Shown here in pieces: positions 1 through 12,087 of a stretch of DNA of 64,000 nt. The stretch comes from Oopsacas minuta (Eukaryota > Animalia > Porifera). Position numbers and translations under genes: made by a program. Location: positions 124,001 through 188,000 of the forward strand of contig JAKMXF010000316.1 in NCBI GenBank assembly GCA_024704765.1. The letters run 5' to 3'. Under the pieces are notes generated by a model that had not been told where the DNA came from, made no database searches, and was given only the letters and a program-made list of their open reading frames with translations. Every line of letters starts with the position of its first letter. Positions within the stretch are counted from its first letter, which is position 1.

Positions 1-1536
1 GCGTCATTTCCACAGAATTCACATAATTGATTGCACAAGGGGAATATAGAATGAGTGGATTTTGTTGGAATATTCTAGATTGAACTCCTTTGTATCCACC
101 ACTCATGGCTGCTGCATTATCATACCCTTGCCCGCGGCAGTCTTCTAAGGAACATTTACTTTTTCAAGAAAATTGAACCTCATGTTTGCTATCTCTCCTC
201 CAGTCTCTCCGTTATTTTGTATGAATGTATAAAATCGTCCTTCAATACAGTAATTATCAGTAATCCGCTTGATATTCCGAAAATGAAGGTCTCTTCTTCT
301 AAACAAGACAATACCGAAGTTGCATCAACTATTATTTAGTAGTATTTGGTCAATTCTCTTTCATGAAGAACTGATTTTCTCACTTTTCACTACAAAGTTC
401 AATGAATTCATTTTGAGAGTCGTTGGATAAATAATGAGAGCTTGGAGACATTTCCCTGGACCGAGATTTTCTAGCATGTCTAACATGTTCTTTCAGGGTG
501 CTGCCATAATGAGAGAGAGAATTTCTAGAATTCCAAGAAAGTTTCCATTTGAAGGATCTCCGATAAGGTTTGAATTCCCCTGAAGGGCAAGACCTCTCTG
601 TCTAAGGAATAAAACAACATCTAAAATTCTTTTGATCAGATCTCACCATTTCTATTTCTGTATATGAAGATCTTGGAATATTTGGTTGTCAATCCCAGTG
701 CAAGTTTTGAGATGCATAGCCAGCTGTTTCCACAGAAGGTAGCATGCGTTATTGGGCTAATCGGTTTCATGTGACTTCACTTTGCTGTAAAGTCTATACC
801 AGCCAATATCTTTCCAGACCCTGGTGGTGTGGTCAATGCTGGTAAAGTCGGAGGAAAATTGTTTTTGTGAATAAACAGTCTACAGAGAAAACAGAAGTCA
901 GATTTTATGATTTCTTTAAATCAGTAAGTCCCTATTTCTTACTTCACAATTTGATAGTTTGGAGAAAGGAAAATGTTTTTTTGAATCATCGTCGTCTATT
1001 TTCAAAGGGAATGATAGATGACCAGCTTTTGACTAAGGATTCAATTAAGGACAGGTACTACTTAAATATTTTTGATGAGTGCCGTTGTCAGCACAAGAAG
1101 AAGTACTGGTTGGTAGACTTCCGTCGCTTATTTCCACTTCACTGACTTACCTTAAATCTTGAATTTTAATTAGTCAAAGACGAATTCATCAACTTGTCCT
1201 GTATCATACATCTACATTGGTAGGCGTCGACGTTCTAAGGTGTGTTCAAGACCTCCGTGCTCTTGTTCTTGTGCATCTACAATTGAGACACATGTAGTAT
1301 TCGAGTACGAGGAAGAAAAAAATGTAGTGCTCGAAGCGTCAATTCTTTGTTTTTTACAGAAATTGCAAGTGACTTGATCTTTCATATGGCCTTTGTCTTT
1401 TTGGTCTCTCTCCTTCCTCTTTGTCGCGCCACTTTTGTGTGAGTATTGTTGACTCATGTTAAAAATTGCTAGGATTTCTGATTAACAGCCCAGGTAAGGT
1501 GTAAAGGGTTAACAGTTTTACCTGGCCCGGGCCCTG
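1..1536 (-). mobile_element. Decayed hAT DNA transposon (ZMYM1-like/DUF4371 type), 5' part; continues beyond the window start
   Basis: The minus strand near 100-160 reads DCRGQGYDNAAAMSGGYKGVQSRI, a hAT motif. ORF 1212-1457 starts MSQQYSHKSGATKRKER, a hAT-like N-terminus. A TTF-like zinc-finger remnant lies near 900-960. The terminus reads CAGGGCCCGGGCCAGG on the minus strand from 1536. Stops and frameshifts are present. Confidence 0.8.
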
Positions 1537-1702
1537 ATGCGTAGCAAATTATACTAAAAATGTGAAGCAAGTAGGTTTGTTGGATACTCTTGAGGACCTC
1601 ACAAAGGCAAAGGGTAATTATGCGGGATATCGCTGTATCGTGAACTGATTTGTACATGTTTTGAGATCTTGAATTTAATATCTCATTTTCGCTTTGTTTC
1701 AG

Positions 1703-1745
1703 AGCTCATTAGTTGAATGCTCTACCTTGTCAAATGGCCAGAATG
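1703..1745 (+). CDS. Candidate upstream micro-exon of the FERM gene
   Basis: Acceptor tttgtttcAG at 1701-1702 and donor G|GTAACT at 1746. The 43 nt (phase 0 to 1) read SSLVECSTLSNGQN and splice in frame to the acceptor at 1843. No homology support. Confidence 0.3.
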
Positions 1746-1843
1746 GTAACTCTGTAATGTTCATTGATTTAGTTTACTGAATCCTCCGATATTCGCGATT
1801 GTACTCTGTATATTTGTTGAATCAAATATGTATTGTTTTCTAG

Positions 1844-2854
1844 CAATTTCTCTCAATCTCTTTTCTCATATGGAACTAATTTTGGAATTCTTGGACAATT
1901 CTACGCCTAAAAAGTTTCTAATTCCTCCTAAAGCTACAGCTCTTAATGCTCTAAGGATAATATTATTTAAGCAAGATTTAGATATCCACGTGGACGATCT
2001 TTCAGAGTTGTCCCTGGCTTTAATTTCATCAAACTTTTATTGGAAAAATATTTGCTGGTTGGATTCTTCTGCAATTCTTCAAAACGCTACCTCAAATGGG
2101 TCACGTCATGTTTTCCTCCTCAAAAAATACTTTAGGAGAAATCAAGATATTCAAATTGCTGGAACAAACTCATTTTTATCTTCAGTTTTGTATTCTCAAT
2201 TTTACAAGCTATTTCTTTCATCTACAGATATCATAGATTATAGCGTTTTGATTTCCCTTTCAGCGCGACTATTGCAATGTGAATTTTTTGAGTGTGAAAT
2301 AACTTTGAATTCTCTTCGATGTAATAACAAATTATCCATGATTCTACCATCAAAATACCATAATTATCCTTCTATTGACTCTCAGATTTTCAATTATTGG
2401 CATGGCTTTAAGCATTTGAATGAAAGCGACTCTAAGTCTCAATTTATGCTTGAACTACTATCCTCCACTCAGCTTTATTTTCACCAATCCTACGACATTA
2501 TTTTCGGCAAGCATTCTGTATTATATATTTCCCCACATAAATTACTGTTTACATTTCCTGATTCTATACAAGAGTCTTCATATTTTTATTTATCTTCGCT
2601 TACTTCTTTATCATTTTCGTTGATTGCTCATACTATCTCATGTAATTTCTCTAATGAAGTAATCTGTTATTCTTCTGATTTTCTTTCTCAAATAGTTTCG
2701 ATTATTTATGAGATGGTGGATATTTCTCCTGTTTGTTTGGATAATATTTCTACCGATGTGTCTCAATCCGATTTTAATATGGATGTGCAATTATATCAAT
2801 ACCTGAAATTCTTTGATTGTGAAGACTCTGTTTCCTTTTCATCTATCTTACTTT
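1844..2854 (+). CDS. Exon encoding a divergent complete FERM domain (F1-F2-F3), talin-head-like
   Basis: Lies within ORF 1828-2961; in-frame ATG at 1870 (MELILEF) and acceptor ttttctAG at 1842-1843. Motifs resemble FERM lobes: WLDSSAILQ...FLLKKYF (F1); VLYSQ...LSARLLQCEF and LPSKY...IFNYW...ESDSKSQF (F2); ...IVSIIYEMVDI (F3 end). Donor T|GTAAGT at 2855 (phase 1). The ORF tail after it is intron-like. Confidence 0.7.
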
Positions 2855-3019
2855 GTAAGTTAAGTTCTCGATTTTCTTTGTTTGTTTTTATGTATATACA
2901 TATTTATCATAACAAGTACAACATATTTTTCTACTATTATCCATATAATAATTACACTTGAACGAATTGCTTGAATATAGAGATATCATTAAGTTGGATC
3001 ACTCTATCACATTACTGGG

Positions 3020-3760
3020 ACACTTTTTTTGTTTATCTCACCAAGTGAGGACATCATACATAGTCTTGGTTTATCTGTTTTCCTGTACGTAGATGACACT
3101 GAAATATATGTTTCTTTATCACATACAGCAAAGGAAGAGACCAAAGTACGATTAGAAGCTTGTCTATCTGATTTAAAGATTCGGTTTGTTCCATTTCGAG
3201 AAAACCCAATTTCATTTACTTTACTCCTGCATCTCTGTTGCCATCATCTACTTTTTCAACTTCTTTGATTCTACATTTCATCTTGTGGACACTGCACTTA
3301 ATTTAGGTGTTAGCTGGGACAAACTCTTGAAGTTGAAGTCACAAATTAGTGGGATCTGTAGGGTTGCGTTACTGGCTTTGTTTCGCATTGGTGAGCTAAA
3401 CTCTTTCCTTGATAATATTTATATGTCGAGGCTTGTACATGCATTTATCTCTTGGAGGCTAGACTTTTGTAATGCCTTACCTTTTGGATTTTCTCTAAAT
3501 GCTTAGTAGACTTCAGGCCACCCAATTGCAGCTGCCGACCTAATTTATAAAGCTAAGAAACACCATATTAGTCCTGTTCTGAAAGTCTACATTGGCTTCC
3601 GAACAAAGCACAGCAGAGTACTAATTATTCCTTATTACCTTGAAAACTATTAGTTGATGCTCTCCTGTCTATCTTAATCAGCTAATTAATATTTCTCAAT
3701 TTATTCACGATAATCTATTGATCCAACGAATTAATTGATGTATTTGATCATCAACTAACT
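3020..3760 (+). mobile_element. 5'-truncated L2/CR1-clade LINE, C-terminal reverse-transcriptase fragment
   Basis: FLYVDDTEIY (YADD-like), RLEACLSDLK, LNLGVSWD, RLVHAFISWRLDFCNAL and HISPVL...LHWLP match the RT tail of L2/CR1 elements. Frameshifted. Confidence 0.85.
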
Positions 3761-3924
3761 TAATGCATCAACTCAGATCAATATCTAAATATTTTGTCAT
3801 CAGACATTCTCTCCTCGTTTTTAGAATTTAGACCCAGACTATGTCAGAAAGTCTGCTTCCATTGATATTTTCAAAGGACACATTATACCATACTTTTCAA
3901 CAAGTAGTGTTCACTTTCTGCATG

Positions 3925-4110
3925 TACAGTGCAAACTCAATAAGTGGGACAATTTGATCCAGCTTCATCGTTTCCATGTCGACGAACCTCTATAACCGCG
4001 AAATGAGTCATACTCTAGAGGATTTGAACTTGATTTATTGAGACTTTAATGTTTCTGCAACTTGTCGTTCAGTTGCACGTTTCATTTATTCAGTTGCCAC
4101 TTCTTATGCA
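3925..4110 (-). mobile_element. Possible pogo/Tigger relic (one TIR-like end plus an HTH fragment)
   Basis: TA-CAGTGCAAACTCAATAAGTGGGACA resembles pogo-type TIRs. The minus strand reads ERQVAETLK, similar to the pogo HTH at 49.7 kb. Weak evidence. Confidence 0.3.
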
Positions 4111-4282
4111 TTCACTGAAGCAAAGATCTATGTTTCTAATTATCTATTTGAGTTTATGTTTGTCAAGAAATTTTTAAACTATATTTCGATATTATATCTG
4201 AGATGTCGCGACTTATCATTTTTGTGCCACTTGTTCCCTATCCCTATATTTCATCAATACTGATTCACGTTGAACTTTAATA

Positions 4283-4440
4283 TCTATTATTAGGAGGCAA
4301 TTAATTTGTATATCTTTATGTCCAGAATTTATTGAAGAAACTGGAAGACTCTCAGGGCTGATCTTTGGTATATAGGGGTTATTTGGTCCTGGCTCGGACT
4401 ATTTCGAGTCTTAGACCAAATTTAGCACCCATGAGTCGAA
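4283..4440 (+). repeat. Dispersed repeat, probable non-autonomous Helitron 5' end (copy 1)
   Basis: A|TCTATTATTA...CAATTAATTTGTAT...GTCCAGAATT...GAAACTGGAAGAC...CTCGGAC...TTCGAGTCTT aligns by eye with 14657, 19067 and 55571. The A|TC start is typical of Helitrons. Confidence 0.55.
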
Positions 4441-4449
4441 ATAATTACC

Positions 4450-4700
4450 CCATTGTGGCATTATTGGATATCAAAAATTCACATTATTTACCACTGCTCA
4501 GACAATATACATGATGGCAGTTTGACAAAATGACCAAATTCCGGTTAAACTTTGTAAGTAGAAGAAGATCTGGACAGTAGAAAACTGGAAGAGAATATGT
4601 GGTCGGACTAATCGCCGTTTTAATTATTTCACACAACTAGCCCACGAAATGATCGTATTGGGCACGAAAAATGTCTAATATACCAAACCAACTGTTAAGG
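4450..4700 (+). mobile_element. Tc1-like transposase relic
   Basis: Reads RLNF..., WTVENWKR... and NDRIW-like segments of the Tc1 DDE N-terminal region. Heavily mutated. Confidence 0.5.
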
Positions 4701-5289
4701 ATCAATGTTTTTAATCGTCTAAATTATTACTATATTCTACAATTATTAATCTAACCATACATACAATTCTGACTCATCCTGAATCCAAACTGTTCTATAA
4801 TATAATTTACAATTACCGCCCAGACATTATTTTGTACTCTACATTTCTCCCACCTTATTATTTCATGATAACGCTCTAAGTATTTTGTAGTCGACTAATC
4901 CATGTATTTCCTTACAGGTAATAACTTTGGCGTGATGTTTGAAATTCGCTGTCATCATCTGCTAACAATTGTTAGTTCCAAGGAAGGATATAGTGTGGAC
5001 CATGAATTTAATATTTCGAAATTTAGTAAATCTAATGGATAATAGATAATATGGGATAGACTCTCTAACTATAAAGACATACCCATTGAGAATATTTACA
5101 GCACTTATTCCTATAACTATTAGCAACTTAGAGATTGAATATATTTGTAATGTTAGAATCAAATTTCGGATGATTTCGAGAACATTTCCAAATGTGGAAG
5201 TCATAATCTTTGATATTTCTATTGGATCATGGTAGCATTTTGAGATATTCTCCAGTCGATACAAAATGTATTAAAGAAATAGAATACCA

Positions 5290-5830
5290 GATCTATTTCG
5301 GACCGTGCATTTCTTAGGTTATTTTTCAGCTCATCTAATTCTACAACATGCGTTTTTAATTCCTGCTGTTTCTGCAGTATTCCCAAATGTTTTCTATGGG
5401 ATTGAGGTCTGGTGAATTCGCTGGCCACATCCCTTTCTCCGCTAAAACCATTTAGTTTGACTCTGCACCAATTTTCGGCACTCTTAGCCTAATACGCTGG
5501 AGCTTCGTCTTGTTGAAAAATATCTTTCCACATGTTTGGTAACATTTTCATTGTCATGATGTTGCCTTTCCTTGCTTTTCTGTTCATCGCATCACAACAA
5601 TTCTTTTACCAAATTTGTTCCGAGTAATTGTTGTCATTTACAATTTGTTTTGGGACCAATGTGAAGATCTTACAGAGCTTGGAAACTCATCATCCCCCAG
5701 ACCATGACTTTGGGGAGAATTCATCATATACTATCATTTGTTATGACCTGATATATTGTGTTACTATCTTTATTAGACCTACAAAACAAACCGTGATTGA
5801 TAGAAGAAGAAAACTTTTAGAAATATAGAT
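5290..5830 (-). mobile_element. Tc1-like transposase relic (C-terminal half)
   Basis: The minus strand reads VMVWG, IFQQDEAP and WPANSPDLNPIENIW. Confidence 0.75.
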
Positions 5831-6834
5831 TTTTGAGATCAGCTACAAACAGAGTGACGTTTACTGAATATCAAATTTGTTTGTTAGCAATAAAATGTTT
5901 ACAAAACTTGATTTGCTATTAGCGGACACCACAGTAGTTGCCTTCTCACTTTAAATTTTGGACTAAATAGAAGTTATTACAGTGATGTATACCGAAATGA
6001 TCGCTATTTCCTCGCTATTGAGGGTAAGTATTTTATATGGAGTATTTGTCAGCCATTAAATTTCAAAAACTCAACTGATCTTAAACAAATCTCATGGATA
6101 GATTACGGTATGTAGTAGTTGGCAACTATGTAATATATATTAATTCAATTGATTGTAATGCATAGTGAGATCTGATGGAGTCTTCAGAAATGTGTTTTGA
6201 AACAGTTACCTCGGTAGTAACTGAGGGGATAGATGGGTGTAGAACCCCAGAGGCGTAAACTTGTGTGTGCGGCGGGTGCCTAGCACCCTTGGCATTTTCA
6301 AACCGAACAAGCCCCACAAGTCAATTTAGCAGGTGGCGAGCGAAAACTAATGATCACTAAATCAGAACTAGAGTGAAACAAAATTATCAGATATTACAAA
6401 CTAACAAGTACAGCATCCTGATATCACAAAATGAAATATTTCTTCTGAAAAGCATATAACTAGGGAATGAATAAAGTGTCATAGAACCCTGTGTGTTTAG
6501 ATGAAGTTTACGCCGGTGTGGAGCCCTAATTAGATTTTCTACTTCTTCAGCAGTGGCGCTTCTAACTTACTACAGAACTCCCTGATATACTCCTATTTAT
6601 TTGTTACAAGTATTTTAAGTATACTCAATGGGTATGTCTTTCATAATTATCGTGTCTAGCCATATATTACCTTATAAGCCATTATATTTGCTTAATTTCG
6701 AAACTTTCATTCATGTTTCCTACCATATCCTTCTTTGTAACTAACAAATGAAGATACAGATAAAATCCAATCGAAAAAATATATTTTTATTATTGTTGGA
6801 TTGTTTGTATTAATAAATTTCTCTAATTTTTAAG

Positions 6835-7674
6835 GTCCTTCTCCTCATATCAATCTTTCAAAGAATGTAGACATTCCGATGGTGCAATCTAATCTGAAAA
6901 CCCTTTCCGGGAAAGTCTCAAGCTCTGTCAGTACATCTATTTCTAATGATCTTAGTTCTTTCGATTCACAATATGACACTCTTCTCTCTGCGAAAAACAG
7001 TAATGCTTTCATTGATCTTCCAAATTTATCACGATCCTTAACTCGAATACATACTCCTCCAACACCCCGAATTTCCAATGAAAACCATCCTGATCATATG
7101 AGTACCATCTCTGATCTTTCAGACCTCAATGCTTTGGAATCATTTCATGAGTTTTCGGACAATTTTTATGAACATTGTAATCCTATTTACACTGAAGCTA
7201 GCACATTTTCAACTAATCAAGATACTTATCAGAAATGTTTTGATGATTATGAATCTAATATGAATATAAGTTTGAAAAATGCTGACAATGGCATTGTACC
7301 AGTATCTTTTTCCCTGATCTCAAATTTATCATCTTTTGAAACTTTTGGTGATATCTATAATGATGTCCATGATTTACAGATCGATTCAAGATTTTCAAAT
7401 GGTTTAAGAACATCACTGGCTCAGTCAAATTTTTCTAGCACTGTAGATTCAAATATATACATGCATTCCAATTCGGTATTTGAACCAATATGCCGGTCTT
7501 CATCATTTCGTGAAGGATCTAAGTATTTTGTGAAGGTTATATCTGAATTTAGCACTTTTGTAAGTTTCCATTATATATTTTATATTCTTTTACCAAGCCA
7601 CGAGTTAATTCAGGAATTAGTTGATATACGTGATACTCCAAAAATCCTTTTAATGAATCTGGGCCAATTGCTAG
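6835..7674 (+). CDS. Ser-rich low-complexity linker exon of the FERM gene
   Basis: Acceptor tttttaAG at 6833-6834 (phase 1), open through ORF 6879-7772, with consensus donor CTAG|GTGAGT at 7675 (phase 1). Not transposon-like. An alternative donor exists at 7560. Confidence 0.65.
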
Positions 7675-8399
7675 GTGAGTTTATTACATTATTAGTTGTA
7701 GTCATCATTTTTCACTTGTATTACTTTTATAACCGAGTACCTTATTTATCCGCCTACAGTGTAGTATTGTAACACGAGGTTCCACTGATTTATATGAACA
7801 TCCTTAATACAAGAAAGGTGAATAATTTTAGTTTTATATTACCATTCGTTGTCCGACCCTTCAACTTTGCATAGTCCATCTTAACATTTAGAAAATGAAC
7901 ATAGATGAAATCCGTTATTATGTCCCTTCTTGAGAAATACTCTCCACTAGGAAGTACTTGTCACTGATACCATAGATATTCTACCTACTAATTGACACCA
8001 TGATTAGAATGAGAAAATATTACTTAGTTCCATCGGGAATCGTCCTTTAAGTAACTTGTGAGTTGAGAAAGTAAGCAATGAAATATCCTTAGAATAAGTT
8101 ATGATAATCATCACTTTCGAATTATCGAAACATATCTCTGCCTAGCCAGAGTGGGCTAATGAGGAGAGGTTAGTACAAAGTTCGTTCATAAAATTATGAG
8201 ACTAACGTATAGATCACAGTTTCTTGTTATGACTACAATTAAATAACAAGTGTGTTTATGGTGGTAATCTTATGTATAATGCATATTTTCTTAGTAGCTA
8301 TATTTTTCCAAATTCCAGCTTCAATTGTGTTGAATATTTTTCAACTAATGGATTTAGCAAGGAAGGAAAGTTCCAGTTAATTAGTACCTGTGAAAAATG

Positions 8400-8900
8400 G
8401 AAATACTAGCTCATTTATCCTTAATGGAATGTGGGATGTTTCGGCTATGAATCTCCTTCCATAGCCACCATATACTTATGGATCGATCTTTTTGAAAATG
8501 ACAATGCGTACCTCTATGATCACTTTCGTCCAGGTCATTCGACCTCTTCAAGCAACCGCCTTGACTTATTAATAGGATGTTTGATGAGGATATACGAATT
8601 TAATAGTTAGAAGAAAGTGTAGGTATACCAAAAGTCACACTAACCCGATCATATCGGAAGAACTAGAAATGTCGAAGCTTACCGCACAATGGTCCCCAAA
8701 TTCTTTCAAATGAACAAACGTGAGATGTTAGCAAGAAATTATTGTCAATCTACAAGTCAGATAGTAAAATCTTAGATCGTATTGTAAATGAGATGATCAT
8801 TTCATTATTATGAACAAAAGGGTAAAGTCAACCAAAGTATAGTAAAGTTTGCGATGAACCTATGCTCATAAAGGCATACCAATGAAGACGTATTTATAAA
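8400..8900 (+). mobile_element. Highly decayed mariner transposase relic
   Basis: LEMSKLTAQWSP resembles the mariner motif L.MRK..ARWVP, with upstream HTH-like remnants. No TIRs found. Confidence 0.45.
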
Positions 8901-9341
8901 GAATATAAAATTTAAACTGTCCCGATTACTTAGCCAAATAATTCGTTTTGTTTATGAGGTGTTAATGTTAATTGAAGGCACTATGAAAAGTTAGTTTAAC
9001 CCCAATACAGATAGTGCCTCCAATTATTATTGCAACATTTAAAGAAATATAAGTAATTGACTAAGCTGAAGGCAGAGTATGTAATTTTGTATTTTCCTCG
9101 CCCTGCTAGTGTTTAAAACCGTAAAACAATTTATTACAATTTAATATGTTAATCCAGTCCACAATTATTTCTATTTCTTTACTGTAATTAATTGTTCACT
9201 TAATATTTTATAGAAGGGAATATTGGATGAAATTTGATCGATACAAAATCATGAGTGTGAAATTCATAATAGACTTATTGAAGTACCCCTATTTAGCTGT
9301 TTAGACAAATCTTCTACTATTTTCCTTAAGACTAGTCTATA

Positions 9342-11449
9342 CAGTAAACTCAGTTAAGACGTACTTCTCTCCAATAGTCGAAATATCCTCCTATCTAATC
9401 CATTATGAATGATTCGGTTAAGACGTACTCAGTTAAGACGGACAATCGGATGAGACGTACTAAATTATTCTTCTCAAGAGGGCAAAATGTATTGTATCGT
9501 ACTCTGTGAATTCGTACTCGACTATCAAAAATACGATTCGTATGTCCTTACCGTACCTTAGTTATTTATAAAAACACATGCTTATTTAGGGATAGGCTTA
9601 ACCAAATGTCAAAAGTAATTTGCATGATAATGCTAGTAATTTAGAATATTATTTTCAGTGCGTATGGATTGCATTAATCATGGCTAAGAATTCAAAGAAA
9701 TTCTCACCATTCGACAAGGAATGACCTTATTACTAGGATAGAGAATGGTGAACCGCAAATAAGCGTCTGCAAAAGACTAAATATCTTAAAGTCAACGGTG
9801 AATTCAATATGGAAATTAGGGGAACTCTCAAACGTAGCTATGATTCGTCTGAAATTAGTGTTGACTGTAAGCGGATCCGATCATCAATTTCACTCAAGTG
9901 GATACAGCTTTGAAAGAATGGTTTAGCAGGCAAGAAATTGTAGTATTCGTATAATCGGAAAATATTGATGGCAAAGGTCCAGTTCTTTGCTACTGACCTG
10001 AATGTTTCAACTTTTATAGCCACTACAGGTTTCGTTGATAGATGGAAGAGAATACATTCTATAGAAATGAAGCAAATTTATGGTGAAAAGAAATCAGTTT
10101 CAGAGGAGAAAATTCGCCCTTGGTTGAATTTGACTCTGCCAGAATTGCTCTTGAAATATACACCAGAAAATATCTACAACGAGATGAGATTGCGCTATTT
10201 TACAAGTTACGGCCAGAGAGGACGTTGACTTTCAACGGAGAAAAGTGCAGTAATAGTAAGAAACAGAAAGACCATCTTACAGTGCTTGTTGGGGCGAGTA
10301 TGGTTTGTGAAAAGCTTCCACTTCTAGTCATTGGAAAATCTAAGTCACCAAGGTGTTTTGTGGGTATTAGATCGTTACCTTTAGACTATATTTCTAATGC
10401 GAATATTGGATGACAGGAAATTTTTTCCACGAATGGCTCAAAAAGTGCAATAGAAAAATTGTATCCACGAAATGTTCTGTCCTGCTCATAATAGACAATT
10501 GTCCCGCAAACCCTCGTAGTCTTGGGCTTTCTGACATATCTATCAAATTTCTGCCACCAAACACTACTGCAAAGTTACAGCCTTGTGATCAAAGGCATTA
10601 TAGAATCCCTGGAAGTTCATTATCGATAACAATTAGTAAAGAACCTACTTTCATCGATGGGTGCTAAGGAAGAACTGAAAATAACATTTCTTGGATGCTA
10701 TGCAATGGCTGAAGGTTTCATGGGACATAGTAGCAGCCGCCACCATTCAAAATTACTTTCATCATTGTAGCTTTATTCTTGGATCTAATGCTGCAGAAAT
10801 ATCATTTGTCTCAGAAGAAGGGCCTGAATGTATTGCATATGAGTAATTGAAGAGCCGTGAAATTAATTTTGAAGATTCATTTGAAGAATATGCTATTATT
10901 GACAATGGGGTTCCGATTTCTGGCATACTTCCAGATAATGAAATCATAATAATGGTTCAGGGTGACTTTACTGAAGAACCATGTGTTTTAGAACATGATG
11001 AGGATGATAATGCTATTGTGTGCCCAAGCGTGTCAGAATATCGTGATGCCCTGAAGATTGTTAAGCGCTACATGACCTGTAATTCCAAAATCTGTCTCCT
11101 CAATGCTATTGCGAGATGGAAGAACTAATGTATACTCGTAGTGTGAAGCAAAGTTCATTTTCCGATTATGACACTAGCCAATAGCTATGTACTTATAGTG
11201 CTAGTGTGAAGAATTTTCTCATATTACTCTAGGAAATAAGCAACCTATTTTTGATACCCGTATTTATTCTCAAAAAGAAATACGTATTAGATTATAGGAC
11301 ATAGTTTACACTTTATACACGGAAACGTTTTTACTTTATACTGATAAATAATACGTATAACAATCTCTACGTACCTAGGATAAGACGTACCTCGGTTAAT
11401 ACATACTTGTTATTGTTCCAAGCTAGTACGTCTTAACTGAGTTCTACTG
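9342..11449 (+). mobile_element. pogo/Tigger DNA transposon, full length, frameshifted
   Basis: TIR CAGTAAACTCAGTTAAGACGTAC versus right rc CAGTAGAACTCAGTTAAGACGTAC, with TA on both sides. CENP-B HTH (FIATTGFVDRWK) and DDE_1 motifs (DEIALFY, LLIIDNCPANP, FLPPNTTAKLQPCDQ) are split over ORFs 9965-10667. Confidence 0.92.
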
Positions 11450-12087
11450 TATATTTATTTTATAATTGTTTCCCTATATTGTTTATGGCAGCATGCAACA
11501 TATTTTTCAACTAGCTCGCTTCATTTGCTAGGTCGCTATGCGACAGCTTAGGGCCTCAGGTTAGCCTAAGTATTAAACAACTACATTTCTTGCAGCTTTT
11601 ACTCGCTACCCAACGGGATATATTCTGCACTACTTGCCTGGCGGAAATTTTTTGTAGAAATTTCAATTTTTCATTATCCATGGTCCATCCATATTCATTT
11701 TATTCCAATCTGTGGTAATACAGCAGCTCTTATGTGGTTTAAGGGTTAGTAATCTGGGCAGTACCTGTCTCAAATATTATGGTATTCTCAAAAAATAAAT
11801 TTTTGAGAATTTGGAGGATTATTTTCTAGACATGATGACGTAATTAGTTGCTTTTGGTTAGAATCATGACACCATGAAATGTGGCATATTGAGAGGTATC
11901 CGTGATTTCAATATCTCCTCATGAGGTTATTCCGTTATTGTAGTTTCTTAGTACCCGATACCTGAAGTGCCTAGATTACTAACCAAAAGCGACATAACAT
12001 CTTCAGTATCACCACAAAGACCATTTAATTCAGGGTGGCTTTTAAGTTCTGTCCCATGCAAAAACTATATTTATCAATATATATATA

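Noticed and set aside
6300-6380. GC-richer stretch with GGCGAGCGAA, reminiscent of LSU rRNA
   Set aside because: The match is about 10 nt with no extended rRNA-like sequence or structure.
7560-7597. 38-nt mini-intron (GTAAGT...CCAAG) in the Ser-rich exon
   Set aside because: Splicing it shifts the frame into a TGA after 8 codons. Read-through to the donor at 7675 keeps the frame.
11596-11714. Extra exon candidate after ttcttgcAG
   Set aside because: The phase-1 reading hits TAG. The phase-0 reading ends in phase 2 and does not fit the next exon.
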